Shown: piece by piece, positions 63,090 through 64,000 of the stretch
Position numbering within the stretch: position 1 is the first letter of the stretch
How the letters are laid out: the number at the start of each line of letters is the position of its first letter
Assembly: GCA_951406725.2 (NCBI GenBank)
Contig: OX597822.1
Span: 42,470,001-42,534,000 of the forward strand
Length of the DNA: 64,000 nt
Direction of reading: 5' to 3'
DNA from: Octopus vulgaris
Lineage: Eukaryota
Program-made: the position numbers and the translations under genes
Notes under the pieces: model-generated
Seen by the model: only the letters and a program-made list of their open reading frames with translations
Told to the model about the DNA's origin: nothing
The model's database searches: none

Positions 63090-64000
63090 CCTTGGCCAAA
63101 AGTATTAGGCCACCCCAATATTTTGGGGTTCTGCTATCTCAATGTTAATGAATCTCGTGCACATGGTAGATTATGGTATATTTCACAATATACATTAGTT
63201 TTAATATCTAGTTGACCCACCTTTAGCATCAATTATCGCTTTTATACTGTATTGTATATATGCAACCAATTATGAGTAAGACCAACGTCCAAAATTAACT
63301 TATGTTTCCTTGATTGTTTCAGAATTTTATGCTAAAATACGTTGTAGATACAGTTACTAAACAGTAAGATGCCTAAAATAAGGGAGTTGAGTGAGTGTGA
63401 GCGAGGTCAAATCGCAGCTTATCGTGAAGATGGAATGTCTCAAAGGCAAATTGCTCAGATGATGAAATGTTCTCGCTGTGCGGTGCAAGCGACTCTCAAG
63501 CACTTCAGAGAGACAAAAGACGTGAAGACTATACAAAGAACAGGTAGAAAAAAGGTTACATCACCGCGTAATGACAGATCCATCATCCATCAGCCGCTCA
63601 GAAACAGGAGAAAAACATCGTCGGAACTCTGTGCGGACCTCAACGAGGCATGTACTTCACAAATATCAACCATAACTGTTAGAAGATGGCTTGTAGATTA
63701 AGGTCTGAAAAGCTGTAAAGCCAGGAAGAAGCCATGGGTTTCTGAAACGAATATGGAAAAACGTCTTCAGTGGGCAAATAATCACTCGAATTGGACCAGT
63801 GAGCAATGGTCGAAAGTCGTATGATCTAATGAAAGTAACTATAAGGTAAGATAGTACGTGTATTCAATCAACATATAAACTTAATATAATTGGTTTGTTG
63901 CCCAAAATACATACAAAAGTATCCAACATAAAGCATCTGATTCTTACCCTTTAAGCAGATTATTTGTCCAAGGCAGGTGTATTAGTTTACACATTCAACT
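63087..64000 (+). mobile_element. Tc1-family DNA transposon (5' part, pseudogenised transposase, runs off the window)
   Basis: TIR-like CAGCCTTGGCCAAAAGTATTAGGCCACC; from 63369 HTH MPKIRELSECERGQI...RTGRKKVTS...TVRRWL, then ARKKP...RLQWA...WSKVV*SNES; two in-frame stops. Confidence 0.85.

Noticed and set aside
34800-64000. A second host protein-coding gene
   Set aside because: No non-transposon exon chain with recognisable homology was found; small exons cannot be excluded by eye

Overview
AT-rich, repeat-dense animal genomic DNA. The SINE/RTE repertoire and microsatellite content look like an octopus (cephalopod) genome; this is inferred, not tested. It holds one clear protein-coding gene: a six-coding-exon TMEM106B-family gene on + (ATG 3871, stop 31293, 264 aa, canonical GT-AG introns with consistent phases). 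The rest is transposon-derived: a mellifera-type mariner, a Tc1 with an apparent intron, piggyBac- and hAT-type MITEs, RTE, Dong/R4, HERO and CR1/Jockey-like LINE relics, several tRNA-derived SINE families and several Penelope-like elements (PLEs). The most notable signal is about nine hammerhead-ribozyme (HHR)-like motifs tied to PLE-type inverted or tandem terminal repeats. One is a U3-A8 compensatory core variant in a retrozyme-like 364-bp unit, and one sits downstream of a tRNA-like Pol III cassette. A 7x140-bp array in TMEM106B intron 4 appears to be the tandemly amplified 3' UTR of a HERO-type LINE. Most six-frame ORFs are microsatellite or SINE artefacts. All family assignments come from motif recognition by eye, and repeat boundaries are approximate.
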